From the NCBI GenBank assembly GCA_000002435.2, contig CM018792.1: 64,000 bases of DNA, one strand, 5' to 3'. Position numbers and translations under genes: made by a program. Below, piece by piece: positions 41,801 to 51,678 of this stretch. The notes beneath the pieces are model-generated. The model ran no database searches. It was given only the letters and a program-made list of their open reading frames with translations, and was not told the DNA's origin. Origin of the DNA: Giardia intestinalis. Taxonomy: Eukaryota. The stretch's first letter is position 1. The number at the start of each line of letters is the position of its first letter.

Positions 41801-42646
41801 CATCCTCTTCTTGGCAGCAATAGTGAAAAGGAGGAATTCCTTGCCTCCAATGGCATTTTGTCAGAGAAGTCGCTATCCATTCTAAAGCCTCATATTGACA
41901 AGCTTGCTTCGCATAACAAGAGGCTGCAAGAGGTCACCCCCATGAAGGGACTATCTATAGTTGTTCCCATCTCAGATTCATTGAGTAGTGTAGACACGAT
42001 AGATACTATGCAGCGAGAATTTAGCTCGATAATGGAAAAGGTTGATACAGGTGCATTCGCAGATGCACTGGCTCCTCTGAGGTCGCTCCTACAACGAGCT
42101 CTTCTAGCCTGCACCTTTGCAGGGCCAAATGACCACGATGACCTTTCTACCCTTGTGCTCAATAGCACGCTGTATATATTGGCGTTATCCTGTGAGCTGG
42201 AGCGGCGCGCAACCGAGAAGGTTGCTACTCCGGAGCGTGTGTGCGAACTTTATGTGCTTTTCTCCCTTCAGAATATGAAGACAAACCACGCGCTGTTGGC
42301 ATTGCGCTTGGCTATAAGCGGTACAAAGCGGTACGGCGCGTATTCGCACTGCAAACAGCTAGCCCAACGATTCATTCAATTAAGCCAGCTTCCTGAGGCG
42401 CGTTCTCTGGATGTCTGCCAATCCTACTTACCCAAGGCAAAGAAGATGGCTGCATTAGAGGATGAGGATGTGGTGCAACTGAGCTTCAGTGCTGCCGATC
42501 AGGACACGGTCATGCTCTGCGCCGTTTCATACAAAAGCATCAAGGGACCCCACTGTATTTGTAGCGCCTGTAAGACGTGTGCATGCGATCAATATCTAAA
42601 GGCCAGTTGCCCTGTCTGCGAGCTTGGCACCTTTGTGAAGGCCTAA
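38813..42646 (+). CDS. COPA: Coatomer (COPI) alpha subunit.
   Basis: The N-terminal WD40 block [69 protein letters not shown]...[18 protein letters not shown]...[26 protein letters not shown] is collinear with the alpha-COP N-terminus. The protein is 1277 aa, a typical length. The C-terminus is Cys-rich: [12 protein letters not shown]...CPVCE. Confidence 0.9.
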   Translation: [1277 protein letters not shown]

Positions 42647-42808
42647 GCCCTCCTCCTTACACCCATTACCCCATCAAGGACAGGAGCATTTACTTCAAAC
42701 AGCCCTGGACAGGCTGAAGTGAGGTTGCTGAGCAGCTAAGATCGTCTGGTTGTGCCAACGTGCCAGACCTGTGTAGCGGGAAGCCAGATAAGGAATGCGC
42801 CAGAGTCA

Positions 42809-43003
42809 TTAGTCGCTAGACTCGCCGTCTCCGTGCTGCTTATCAAATTTGCGCATCTCCTCAGAGGCGTAGTTGGTGGAGTAAATTCCATCTTGGTCTG
42901 CTTCTGTTCCATCTGTGACAGGATTTTCATCGACGTCCACGTCTTCAGTGGCAGTTTCGGGTTTTTGCGTGGGCTTCGACCTCGGTTTCGGCTTCGACGC
43001 CAT
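42809..43003 (-). CDS. Small acidic protein of about 64 aa from the internal ATG, a paralog of the adjacent small gene. C-terminal motif ...KFDKQHGDGESSD.
   Basis: The track ORF (90 aa) begins at an ATG placed directly after the upstream gene's TAA. The first 26 codons are AT-rich and promoter-like (attaaagttccatgtaattattcc), so the start is more likely MASKPKP. Confidence 0.45.
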   Translation of the reverse strand: MASKPKPRSKPTQKPETATEDVDVDENPVTDGTEADQDGIYSTNYASEEMRKFDKQHGDGESSD

Positions 43004-43081
43004 TGAGAATTTAGGACTAGACTTTATGGTTGGAATAATTACATGGAACTTTAATATTCCATGTCTAATTGGCACAAACAT

Positions 43082-43393
43082 TTAATCACTGCTCTCGCTG
43101 GAGGTGTGCTGCTTACGAATTGTTTTATCATGAGTGTTCATTCGCTCTTGAAAAAGCAGGAGCTCCTCGTTGGAAAAAGAGGCCCGATCTACATCATAGC
43201 GAACTGGTGTACTTAGGGCGATGACGTCCATTGCCTTCCTCTGCTCTTCTTCCATCATTTTGGTGCGGGCAAAGGGGGTGGCAAGAGACCGCTCCAACTC
43301 TGCGCGACGTTGTGCTGCTATGTAGAGTTGTCTGCGCCGCTCCATACGCGCCTCGTAATGGCGATATTGGTCAGCATTGAGATCGTTGTCCAT
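43082..43393 (-). CDS. Small charged protein of 103 aa with C-terminal motif ...DKTIRKQHTSSESSD.
   Basis: The initiator is caaattaaaATG. The C-terminal 20 residues share the pattern E-x-M-...-DK-...-KQH-...-ESSD with the downstream small ORF. Confidence 0.55.
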   Translation of the reverse strand: MDNDLNADQYRHYEARMERRRQLYIAAQRRAELERSLATPFARTKMMEEEQRKAMDVIALSTPVRYDVDRASFSNEELLLFQERMNTHDKTIRKQHTSSESSD

Positions 43394-43554
43394 TTTAATT
43401 TGGGCCTCTAACTTTCGTTAATTGAAGCCAGATTTAAAGCTAGGAATAAGCGTTGCTAAAATATTTCCATGACAGATGCTCCTGTTTCTGCAAGCGTCTT
43501 TAGCTGGTCAGAAGTGTTTTTGCTTCTGCAGCTGTTAAACTTGAAAGTTAAAAA

Positions 43555-46500
43555 ATGACCGAAAGCGTTGTCCTACTGTCTCGTACTCTTCCGTTGTTCG
43601 TAGAAAGAGAGAATAAGGTGATCGATACAACCTTTAAGCTGGTCACGCATCTTGATGATTCACTTTTTATTGAAATCATCAAGGCCAATACGCTGTGGCG
43701 AGCCATTCCATATGCTCGTGTCACTCACCTATTGCTTTCAGAAGACACTGAGTCTGTCCAGCCATACTATAAAGCGCGCGAAAATACTCCGTTGTTCTTC
43801 TTTACGCTTTCGACGGATTCTGATGCTTTACATTATATTATTTCAAACAGCCACGATGACATCAATTTCCTCATTGAGCTTCTGCAACTACTTCATACCC
43901 TTCCTTACCCCGGCCTCCCCCGAGCCTTGTTTGAAGCAGCTATTAGAAATCTTTCACCAGGCGTTTCAGATATCTACGATCCACAGCGTCTGCCCGACGT
44001 TTCCATGTCGCCAACACAGGGATATAGTCAACTAATAAGCTCGTTTAAGCAAAGCTTTTATTTTCAACAGATTGTCTATCAGTATGGATCTGGGCAACCC
44101 ACTGCACAAGCCCTGAAATACATCTCCTATTGGCCCGTTATTGCCATCTTCATGGCAAGCTGCCTGGTCCTGCTCGCCACGGGTCCCTATTCAAATCAAT
44201 CTTACACCATCCTGCACCTTTTGTCGATGAGAACCCAGAACTTTAACTTTCTTCTATCTCACATCAATACAATAGTATTTTACACTGCACCTGATGAGAC
44301 ACTGGGCTATATCGAAGTCATACAAAGCTCTTCTCTTTACAAGGATCAGGCCATTGTATTACACCTTAATATGTCGTATGTAATTAACTACATGCTCCAG
44401 TTTAAGGAATTGTCACGCTTCCCGCCAAGCTACAGAGTCCCCGACCTTCTATCAGTACCGCTATTTGCAAGGAACAGAGTGGATGTCCAAGAATCGTCTC
44501 TATTTTCTTTATACACAAAAGGCGTGTTTTGCTCCCTCAAGGGTAGGCTCAGTGACATACTCACAGAATTATCTGATACTATTCCTGCGTATTTGGCAGC
44601 ATTGGAGCCACTCTCTATTCTCATACGATCCTCAGTACTGCGTGGGTTTACTCTTGTCCCCGACAAGATCCCCTCTCTATGCCTTTCGAATATCCTGCAG
44701 GTTATGGAGACAATCTTGAACACCTTGACTTCACGCTATATGAAACTGACAGGCCACACGGAACATACCTCACCGCCCAGTGGTGGGCTTGACGACCACG
44801 AGGAGGGCCGCATTTCTATCGTCTTCACTCCCGGCCTGTACGAGGGAGACATCTCGCACCTTATTATCAGCGACGAGTACTCCAAGGCACTTGTCCTTCA
44901 GCACATTCTAAGTTCGCTGTTCCTACCCTCACACCAAAAGGAGATGCCGGTATATTACAGAAAAGCCCCACTACTACCCTCTATCATTAAATATATAAAT
45001 CCCGACGGGACGCTCTCAGACCCATATCGCCTTGATATGACCAAGACATCGAGCGACATACTAGATGGCATTCCGCTGTCGCCGCTCATCAAGGGATCCA
45101 TTCTTTATTTTATTATTAAGGCAGTGGCAGAGATCATAATGTCGCCGTCGCCAAATGTGCCTGATGCAGTTAAGATGTTACTGGCCAAGGCGACTGTCTC
45201 TGTTCGAATAAACTACGGCCAGCCATCTGAAACAGCCAGTGGTCACGACAATATATTAACAGAATTTGTTCTCTCACCCGATAATTCCGGTGGAGGGGAT
45301 GCATCCTTGTTCCTGGACGCTCCTGGAACTCTCTGCCCCCTTCTGCACTTCCTCGTCGCTTCTCAGAATATCAACGAGGAGTATGGGTTGTTAAGCGTTT
45401 TTGAGTATTGGACGCGGATTGGTATCAAGGGCTATCCTCCTGCAGTGGCCCTGGCTCCGGATTTCTTTGCACAAGCAGCACAGAGGAACTACCTTCAACA
45501 GACACAGAATCTTCTTGATGATATTAACCAGATGGTCAGCTTCTCTTCTACCGTTGAAGAAGATTCGGCATATAGGTATGTACCGCCCGCTCCAGTTATC
45601 TTGCTCGACATTAATGTCCTACCCAGCAGCAGACAAGCCTTCATAAACCTCGGGCAGGACATGACGTCAATTCGAACGGAGAATGAGCGCTGCATCAAAG
45701 AATATTATGCAAAGCACGCAGATACCCGCAGAGAGGAATCCATTGAGGATCTTATCAACATATCTGACATGTTCTATTATTTCATTCAAACCAATTCTAT
45801 TGATGACGTGTTGAAGAGAGGGGCACTTTGTGACATCTCTTCTTTAAACGCAGATTCTGCTCAGCTTGCTGCTCCATCCAGCGCTGACGGCACGGATCTT
45901 AAGCAGAAGTTCACACCGGTCCTGCACAAGGTGTCTCATGATCTTATACATTTTACTGAAGCAGCAGCTTATATCTCAGAGATAGACATCCACAGCAACA
46001 TAGGCGTGCTAGACACCACGGGGCGATATTTGGGCACAGATATAGAAGTGCAGACACCTGCAGATTCTGTACGGGACCAGGCTCCCCTGTCGATGAGCCT
46101 CACTGACCAACAAGACACAGCTACTCAGGCCAACTCCCTGCTTAGACCCATCATTCCCTCCCTATCTCTTACTGAGACATCCTTTGCCAATGTTCTGGAA
46201 GTCATTACCGTTGCAGGCTTACTCAGATCGATTCTCCAGCATCTTACTGGGTTTGCACGATACTTTATCTCTTTAACCCTCAACGTCTTCTACCTCAAGC
46301 TGCAGTCTCTTAGCCTTCATCCGCTGATAGACGTCGAAAAAACTCTACGCTTTGCGGCCAGCTACTTTGCATCGGTTGCCCCGGATGCCCTTCCCCAGGA
46401 CTATCTAGATTCTCTCAGTCATGATGTCTTTGCTTTGGTACAGGGACGCATTAATTTCAAGGACACAAATGTGCCCGTTTCACGTCGCCAAAGCGAAATC

Positions 46501-49500
46501 TTTAATGCCTCCAAGGGCGATGATCTTAAGCCCAATCTGCTCACCAAGCAGATTTCTTCAACATTCAATCTTGATATCGATCTACTAAAAAAGCAATCAA
46601 TATTTTTTGATGTGCAATATGGGATTGAAAATCGGGATAGCTTTTACGAAAACCCCCGTCTCCTCATCGTACCGCACTATCGCATCATGCTTGGTATTTC
46701 TAAATATGTATTTGATCATCAGAACGCCCCAGAGCGTCTCAACGATGTGGAAATCGACAAGCTACTCTCCAAATATATCAACGAAGAAATGCTCAAATAC
46801 GTTAAGAGGAGCGATCATACATATAGTGCTACTACCAATGTCAAATTATTTGAGAAAACGCTTGAGGGTTTGCTGAAAACCGCATACAATTGCGTGATAG
46901 ATAATGGGATCATGCATCTTTTCAGATACGATTTTGATAGCAACGCGCGCCTGCCCAGCCGGCGCTATGTATCCCCAGACCTCATCCACTCTGTTCGAGG
47001 GGTTAAGGTTCCTTGGACAACCTTGCGGAGCATGTACCCAGAATTTATTTCCATACCGAATGCCGGTATCCATGTACCAGTTAACAAAGAGGTGGCGGAC
47101 ATGATCACACTGGATCTTGGGTTTGTGCCGCATCACGGACGCGCCTCTCTGATGGCCTTCTATATGTCCATCCTTCCTAGCTACATTTCCCAGCTTCGAA
47201 ACAAGTATGTTAATGTGCTCATACAGCCATCTGTTGATAGCATTGAGCACCCCTTCTATCCCTGTGGAGAGCCGAGTACATACAAGAAAAACCAGCTCCC
47301 TAAGAGCTATGAGCTAGGTGGGATTTGGCTTTCATCTATTCTGCACCATATTTTCAACATATCTCGCATCCTAATAACATCAGCAGCATACAACGAGCCC
47401 GTAGTGTCCATCGCGCCCCTCGATAGAGATGAAAAGTGTTTGATACTCCGCTGTATTGAAGTGTCCTTCAGTCACGTTGATTCAGATAAACTGCTTGGCT
47501 TGCCAGATACCCGGTCGATACGAGAAGATAATGATACTGTTAATGCACCTCTCAATTGCTCCCCAGAGATCTCTCTCGTCATCTCCGAAGTCCTAACGCC
47601 CGGCCTCGTCTGCGAAATCATGTCGTTGATGGGTGATTCAGAATCCCCTGGTCTCCCACGCTCGGCTCGCTACACAAATCCATTCCATTCCCTGTTTACC
47701 TTTAGGATACTTTCGGTTGAAGCTCTTTTTGGCCACATCTGCACCAAGCTAAAGCTTCATACTTTACTGCCAGTCATCACCTTCTTACGGAACACTCAGT
47801 ATGCTTTAACAAATAGAAACTCAGCTGAGGTGGAACTAGAAGTGCCTTCTGTATTTGCTCTAAATGCCCACGACTCTCTAGATTTGTTTGCCAAGGTGTG
47901 TATTAGTGTGCTACGAGCAGAGTTTACAAATATCCCAGATCTGAGTGCGTCAACAAGGCGCCACTTGATCCGCACCATCAACTCCTGCCCTTTTTTGGTC
48001 ATTGGATCTGAAGCGAAAACTGAAGCACTTGTTTGTGCTGGAAAGGAAAACAGGAACCCGGTCAGTGGCAGGGTGTGCTTCAACATAGGCACGTCTAAAG
48101 CTAACAGAGATATCTATAAACGTGTGCGCGCTCTGTCACAGACGAGTCAAGATCGGTTTGTGATGCTGAACACGTTCTTGGCGGAAAAGCCTCTTTCTCA
48201 CTACAGTATAACACTCTTTACAAAGGTACCACTAGACAATGGCTATTGTATAGGATTTGGTTACATAGTGGATAAAAGCATTAGCGACGTGTTCGTTATT
48301 GACACTCCGATCTTGATGTGCATTATTATTCCCGATAACTTTGACTGTACTGCCCCTGAGCTATTCGACAAGAGCCGCTGCCTCATTAACGCCCCCGTTG
48401 TTGTCACGTCTAGTCCCTCATTTATTGAAAATACGACCTTCTACGTCTCTATTTCACAGGAAGACATCAGAAAGGCTAACGAAAGCATCACTGCGGAGCT
48501 ATCGTACCCCATAGCCAATGTAGACGGAACGATCTCTCAGCTTAGATACTTGGAGTCTAGAGTGCTTTCCTCAATTGCTGAATCCATCCAGGCACTGCCT
48601 GCAAGGCTCCAGGCCCTGAGGTATAGCTGCAGTGACATACAGAGACGTCTGGGGGGCGAGATTGACGTGTCCCTCCTTCCTATGTCCTTCTCCCTCGGTC
48701 AATTCAGTACCAAAAAATACGTTGAGACAGCATCCATGCTTAGCTTCACGGAAACTCTTGCGTCCTCTCTCTTTGCTGCAAATGTCCTCCCAATCAGCAT
48801 AAATTACGCCCTCTACCTCACTAATCAAGAGAAGATCCGGTTCCAGAAGAAGCCAGACAATACAAATAGAAAGCATATTCCTATCAATCTGATGCTTCTT
48901 GGACCAGAGGAATGCATACTGCCAGAATCTATCTCACCACTTGTGTTCATAATCAAATTGCTAAAAACGGAGCCTCTCGAGAAGCTTGTACAGATGATAG
49001 ACAAAGATAATACGGGCAAAATTCTCTTAGCACTAGTGCCCATACTCTTGGTAGATAAGTTCAGCCTCCAATTTTCTAATGACTCTTTAGAAGTCAGCGA
49101 GAAAATTAAACAGCAGGCCGAAATCGAGAAGCAAAACAGACTAGCTGAGACCACGTACTCCCTCTTTGATATGTCAATAATTGAGGAGCATGTCAGGAAT
49201 ACGGTGAACGAGGTATTCGGTAAAAACTTTGGCCCCACAAAAAGTACAGATGCGGCAGCAGACGAGCGTGTCTATGGTCCATATCTATATTTAGGATGCG
49301 ACCCCACGATATGGAAGCGGCTATATGATGCAATCCAGCGCAGTGCTCACAAGGCAGCCTTTAATTCGCTGGTCACAACATGCAATCCAGCGACGATTGA
49401 GAAGGGTATGTCGAGCAACAAAATGGTTGCGTCTATGAGTCTTCTGATTGGGGCCAGGTTGAGGTATGACATGTCTTTGGGGAAGGATGGCCTGATAGAC

Positions 49501-49554
49501 TACATTAACTGGAAGAAATCGTACTGCAAGCCTATGGAGAACGCTACATATTGA
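43555..49554 (+). CDS. Very large hypothetical protein of 1999 aa.
   Basis: The ORF is 6 kb uninterrupted. The initiator is gaaagttaaaaaATG. No family motif was recognised. Only short antisense ORFs overlap it. Confidence 0.75.
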   Translation: MTESVVLLSRTLPLFVERENKVIDTTFKLVTHLDDSLFIEIIKANTLWRAIPYARVTHLLLSEDTESVQPYYKARENTPLFFFTLSTDSDALHYIISNSHDDINFLIELLQLLHTLPYPGLPRALFEAAIRNLSPGVSDIYDPQRLPDVSMSPTQGYSQLISSFKQSFYFQQIVYQYGSGQPTAQALKYISYWPVIAIFMASCLVLLATGPYSNQSYTILHLLSMRTQNFNFLLSHINTIVFYTAPDETLGYIEVIQSSSLYKDQAIVLHLNMSYVINYMLQFKELSRFPPSYRVPDLLSVPLFARNRVDVQESSLFSLYTKGVFCSLKGRLSDILTELSDTIPAYLAALEPLSILIRSSVLRGFTLVPDKIPSLCLSNILQVMETILNTLTSRYMKLTGHTEHTSPPSGGLDDHEEGRISIVFTPGLYEGDISHLIISDEYSKALVLQHILSSLFLPSHQKEMPVYYRKAPLLPSIIKYINPDGTLSDPYRLDMTKTSSDILDGIPLSPLIKGSILYFIIKAVAEIIMSPSPNVPDAVKMLLAKATVSVRINYGQPSETASGHDNILTEFVLSPDNSGGGDASLFLDAPGTLCPLLHFLVASQNINEEYGLLSVFEYWTRIGIKGYPPAVALAPDFFAQAAQRNYLQQTQNLLDDINQMVSFSSTVEEDSAYRYVPPAPVILLDINVLPSSRQAFINLGQDMTSIRTENERCIKEYYAKHADTRREESIEDLINISDMFYYFIQTNSIDDVLKRGALCDISSLNADSAQLAAPSSADGTDLKQKFTPVLHKVSHDLIHFTEAAAYISEIDIHSNIGVLDTTGRYLGTDIEVQTPADSVRDQAPLSMSLTDQQDTATQANSLLRPIIPSLSLTETSFANVLEVITVAGLLRSILQHLTGFARYFISLTLNVFYLKLQSLSLHPLIDVEKTLRFAASYFASVAPDALPQDYLDSLSHDVFALVQGRINFKDTNVPVSRRQSEIFNASKGDDLKPNLLTKQISSTFNLDIDLLKKQSIFFDVQYGIENRDSFYENPRLLIVPHYRIMLGISKYVFDHQNAPERLNDVEIDKLLSKYINEEMLKYVKRSDHTYSATTNVKLFEKTLEGLLKTAYNCVIDNGIMHLFRYDFDSNARLPSRRYVSPDLIHSVRGVKVPWTTLRSMYPEFISIPNAGIHVPVNKEVADMITLDLGFVPHHGRASLMAFYMSILPSYISQLRNKYVNVLIQPSVDSIEHPFYPCGEPSTYKKNQLPKSYELGGIWLSSILHHIFNISRILITSAAYNEPVVSIAPLDRDEKCLILRCIEVSFSHVDSDKLLGLPDTRSIREDNDTVNAPLNCSPEISLVISEVLTPGLVCEIMSLMGDSESPGLPRSARYTNPFHSLFTFRILSVEALFGHICTKLKLHTLLPVITFLRNTQYALTNRNSAEVELEVPSVFALNAHDSLDLFAKVCISVLRAEFTNIPDLSASTRRHLIRTINSCPFLVIGSEAKTEALVCAGKENRNPVSGRVCFNIGTSKANRDIYKRVRALSQTSQDRFVMLNTFLAEKPLSHYSITLFTKVPLDNGYCIGFGYIVDKSISDVFVIDTPILMCIIIPDNFDCTAPELFDKSRCLINAPVVVTSSPSFIENTTFYVSISQEDIRKANESITAELSYPIANVDGTISQLRYLESRVLSSIAESIQALPARLQALRYSCSDIQRRLGGEIDVSLLPMSFSLGQFSTKKYVETASMLSFTETLASSLFAANVLPISINYALYLTNQEKIRFQKKPDNTNRKHIPINLMLLGPEECILPESISPLVFIIKLLKTEPLEKLVQMIDKDNTGKILLALVPILLVDKFSLQFSNDSLEVSEKIKQQAEIEKQNRLAETTYSLFDMSIIEEHVRNTVNEVFGKNFGPTKSTDAAADERVYGPYLYLGCDPTIWKRLYDAIQRSAHKAAFNSLVTTCNPATIEKGMSSNKMVASMSLLIGARLRYDMSLGKDGLIDYINWKKSYCKPMENATY

Positions 49555-49600
49555 CAAATAATGGGCAGAGCAAGTGCCTAATCATTGTGTTCCGGCATTA

Positions 49601-51130
49601 TCACATACTCTCGTGACGCATCCTCACCAGTTCAATTAATGTCGATACGCTCGCATAGACAGCCATATTAGGGAAGTCGTGGGCAGAGAGATAACACTCA
49701 TAAAGGACGTCAGTAGAAAGCGTGCTCATTACGGGCTCTTCGAGTGTAGTGCCACGAGATAGCTCCATCATTTGGTGCAAGATTCGAAAGCATCTCCCAG
49801 TGAACTTGGTTGTGCACGACACTGTCCGCTTAATCAAGGCATTTTGAAGATAGTGGGCGAGCGCGGCCACGAGGCCGGCGGCAAAAAACTCTTCCCACGC
49901 TTCGGCGACGGTGATGGAAATAATATTGATAGACGAGTTAACCACAATATGTGTTACTGAATACAGATTGTCGACGAGGACCTTAATGAGACTGCTTTCT
50001 CTAAAGGTTTTTCGATATGGCGGCCACTGAGCGAATAGTACCTCAATAGTGAGCGCAACATCAACATATGCATTGTGGATACCGGTTGCAAGAATAGATG
50101 AGAGAATGTCAGAAAACTCTAGTGTGGCTATGTCATTAAAGACATCATTATTAACGGAGGTAGAAGCAACATTAGCGATGAAGCAAAGTAATTGCTTGGT
50201 CATGTCTCTGTAAATCTTGATTAGCTGAATGCATAGCCTCCATGCGTGGAAGCCTCCAAGCAGCGTTCCAAAGTCTTGATGCATACAGAAATTGTTCAGC
50301 CCTAAAAGCAGATCATTCCCGACTCTCCGCCATTCGTCAGATCTGGAAAACAGTGGGGTGATAGCAAAGAAGAAAAATAGCATTTGACGTAGATAGGCGA
50401 AAACCTCTCCATCAAAGTCATAGCTACAATTGGCCAAGAATGCACCGAGAAAACTACCCAGTGGCTGTAAGATGGGAGCAGGGACAATGCTCAATAGAGA
50501 GAAATAGTTAGATGCATCATGAAGCATCGCGTCTTCACGCTCTTCTTCACAAGAATCAAGCTGAAGTAACAGAGATATCGGTCTCAGAAGCTCGTCTGCA
50601 GACGCATAGAGTAAGAGCTGTTGCCGCCCGTGAAGCTCATAGCTGGCGGAGTGAGTATAAAACATTAGTACCCCTATGAGAAGCTCAGGACTTTCTGCGA
50701 TCATGGATGTGATATTGGATAGATAGGGAAGGCCAGCCCGCACTGACAGCTCAGTCATTTCTGCACCTGCATCAGCAAATTGATCAAGCATAGAGAAGAT
50801 AAGGAATGCAATTTGTGTGGACGTATACGGTTGCAAGTGCTGTGCAAGGGCATCAATTAACTTTGCAAGACGGGGGTCACGAACTAGCTCTGTTACGGCA
50901 TCTCCCTTTACGCAAGAATACAGAGCTAGTAGCTGCGATTCTAAGCTATCAGCCATGGTGTCCAAACTGTGTTTCTTGAGGTCTTGCGTTAGGAAGTACT
51001 CCAGAACTTGATCGAGCCTCTCTTTCCCGTTAAGGTCTGCAGCATTCACTAGAGAGGAAGACAGCTTTACGCGGGAGCTGCAGTCTTTCATAGCACGAGA
51101 ATCATCCAAAAAGATAGTCCGTCGCTGCAT
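49601..51130 (-). CDS. Hypothetical protein of 509 aa, possibly alpha-helical repeat.
   Basis: The ORF is long, starts with ATG, and is Leu-rich and helical in character. No motif was recognised. Confidence 0.65.
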   Translation of the reverse strand: MQRRTIFLDDSRAMKDCSSRVKLSSSLVNAADLNGKERLDQVLEYFLTQDLKKHSLDTMADSLESQLLALYSCVKGDAVTELVRDPRLAKLIDALAQHLQPYTSTQIAFLIFSMLDQFADAGAEMTELSVRAGLPYLSNITSMIAESPELLIGVLMFYTHSASYELHGRQQLLLYASADELLRPISLLLQLDSCEEEREDAMLHDASNYFSLLSIVPAPILQPLGSFLGAFLANCSYDFDGEVFAYLRQMLFFFFAITPLFSRSDEWRRVGNDLLLGLNNFCMHQDFGTLLGGFHAWRLCIQLIKIYRDMTKQLLCFIANVASTSVNNDVFNDIATLEFSDILSSILATGIHNAYVDVALTIEVLFAQWPPYRKTFRESSLIKVLVDNLYSVTHIVVNSSINIISITVAEAWEEFFAAGLVAALAHYLQNALIKRTVSCTTKFTGRCFRILHQMMELSRGTTLEEPVMSTLSTDVLYECYLSAHDFPNMAVYASVSTLIELVRMRHESM

Positions 51131-51207
51131 TATTTTGAATGCTCATAGATTTACGGTTTACCTGACTCCAGCTCACGCGGTGGATATCAGAACTAGTTAC
51201 CGATGTG

Positions 51208-51678
51208 CTAATTTTCCGTCCTTATGTCAGCCACATCTGTGACCAGCATTTTCAATCCTAGAAGCGCAGCTGGATATGCAAGAAGAAGGGCCTCTGCGTC
51301 TTCAGGGTGTGCCCCGATAAAGTGCCGAAAGGAAAGAATGATGGCATCCTGTTGGTCTGGGCGCAAAGCTTTCACGGCAGAATAAACAGCTTGTAACTGT
51401 CGCTTCTTCTCCCTTTCGTTATCTGTCTCGACCATTTTGCATTGTAGATTTTCTCCTGACGGAATGTTCACAGCAGAAAACTGCTCTACTGCAAGCTGGG
51501 CCATGTCTGAACTATTGAAGTGGGCATCTACGTAGTATAGCGTCTTGTTCTTGTGGATTGTTGCGCCTCCCAGCTTGGATAATCTGTGTACTATCTCGTC
51601 ATATATTTCGTCTCCGGCGTGTGGCGGAATGCCTATAACGCGTACGTGGGTTGATGTTGATGACTTCGCCCTGGACAT
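51208..51678 (-). CDS. Hypothetical protein of 156 aa. It may have an RRM-like N-terminal half and a CstF64-hinge-like C-terminal helix, both speculative.
   Basis: HVRVIGIPPHAGDEIYDEIVHRLSKLGG has a beta-alpha-beta pattern. RPDQQDAIILSF...PEDAEALLLAYPAALLGL loosely resembles a CstF-64 hinge. Support is weak. Confidence 0.45.
   Translation of the reverse strand: MSRAKSSTSTHVRVIGIPPHAGDEIYDEIVHRLSKLGGATIHKNKTLYYVDAHFNSSDMAQLAVEQFSAVNIPSGENLQCKMVETDNEREKKRQLQAVYSAVKALRPDQQDAIILSFRHFIGAHPEDAEALLLAYPAALLGLKMLVTDVADIRTEN

Noticed and set aside
43040-43084. Possible intron or stop-codon readthrough joining the 103-aa and 90-aa small ORFs (TAA immediately followed by ATG).
   Set aside because: There is no Giardia-type splice signal (GTATGTT ... 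CTRACACACAG). An AT-rich promoter-like stretch precedes an internal ATG. Two tandem paralogs is the simpler model. Readthrough is left as a testable alternative.
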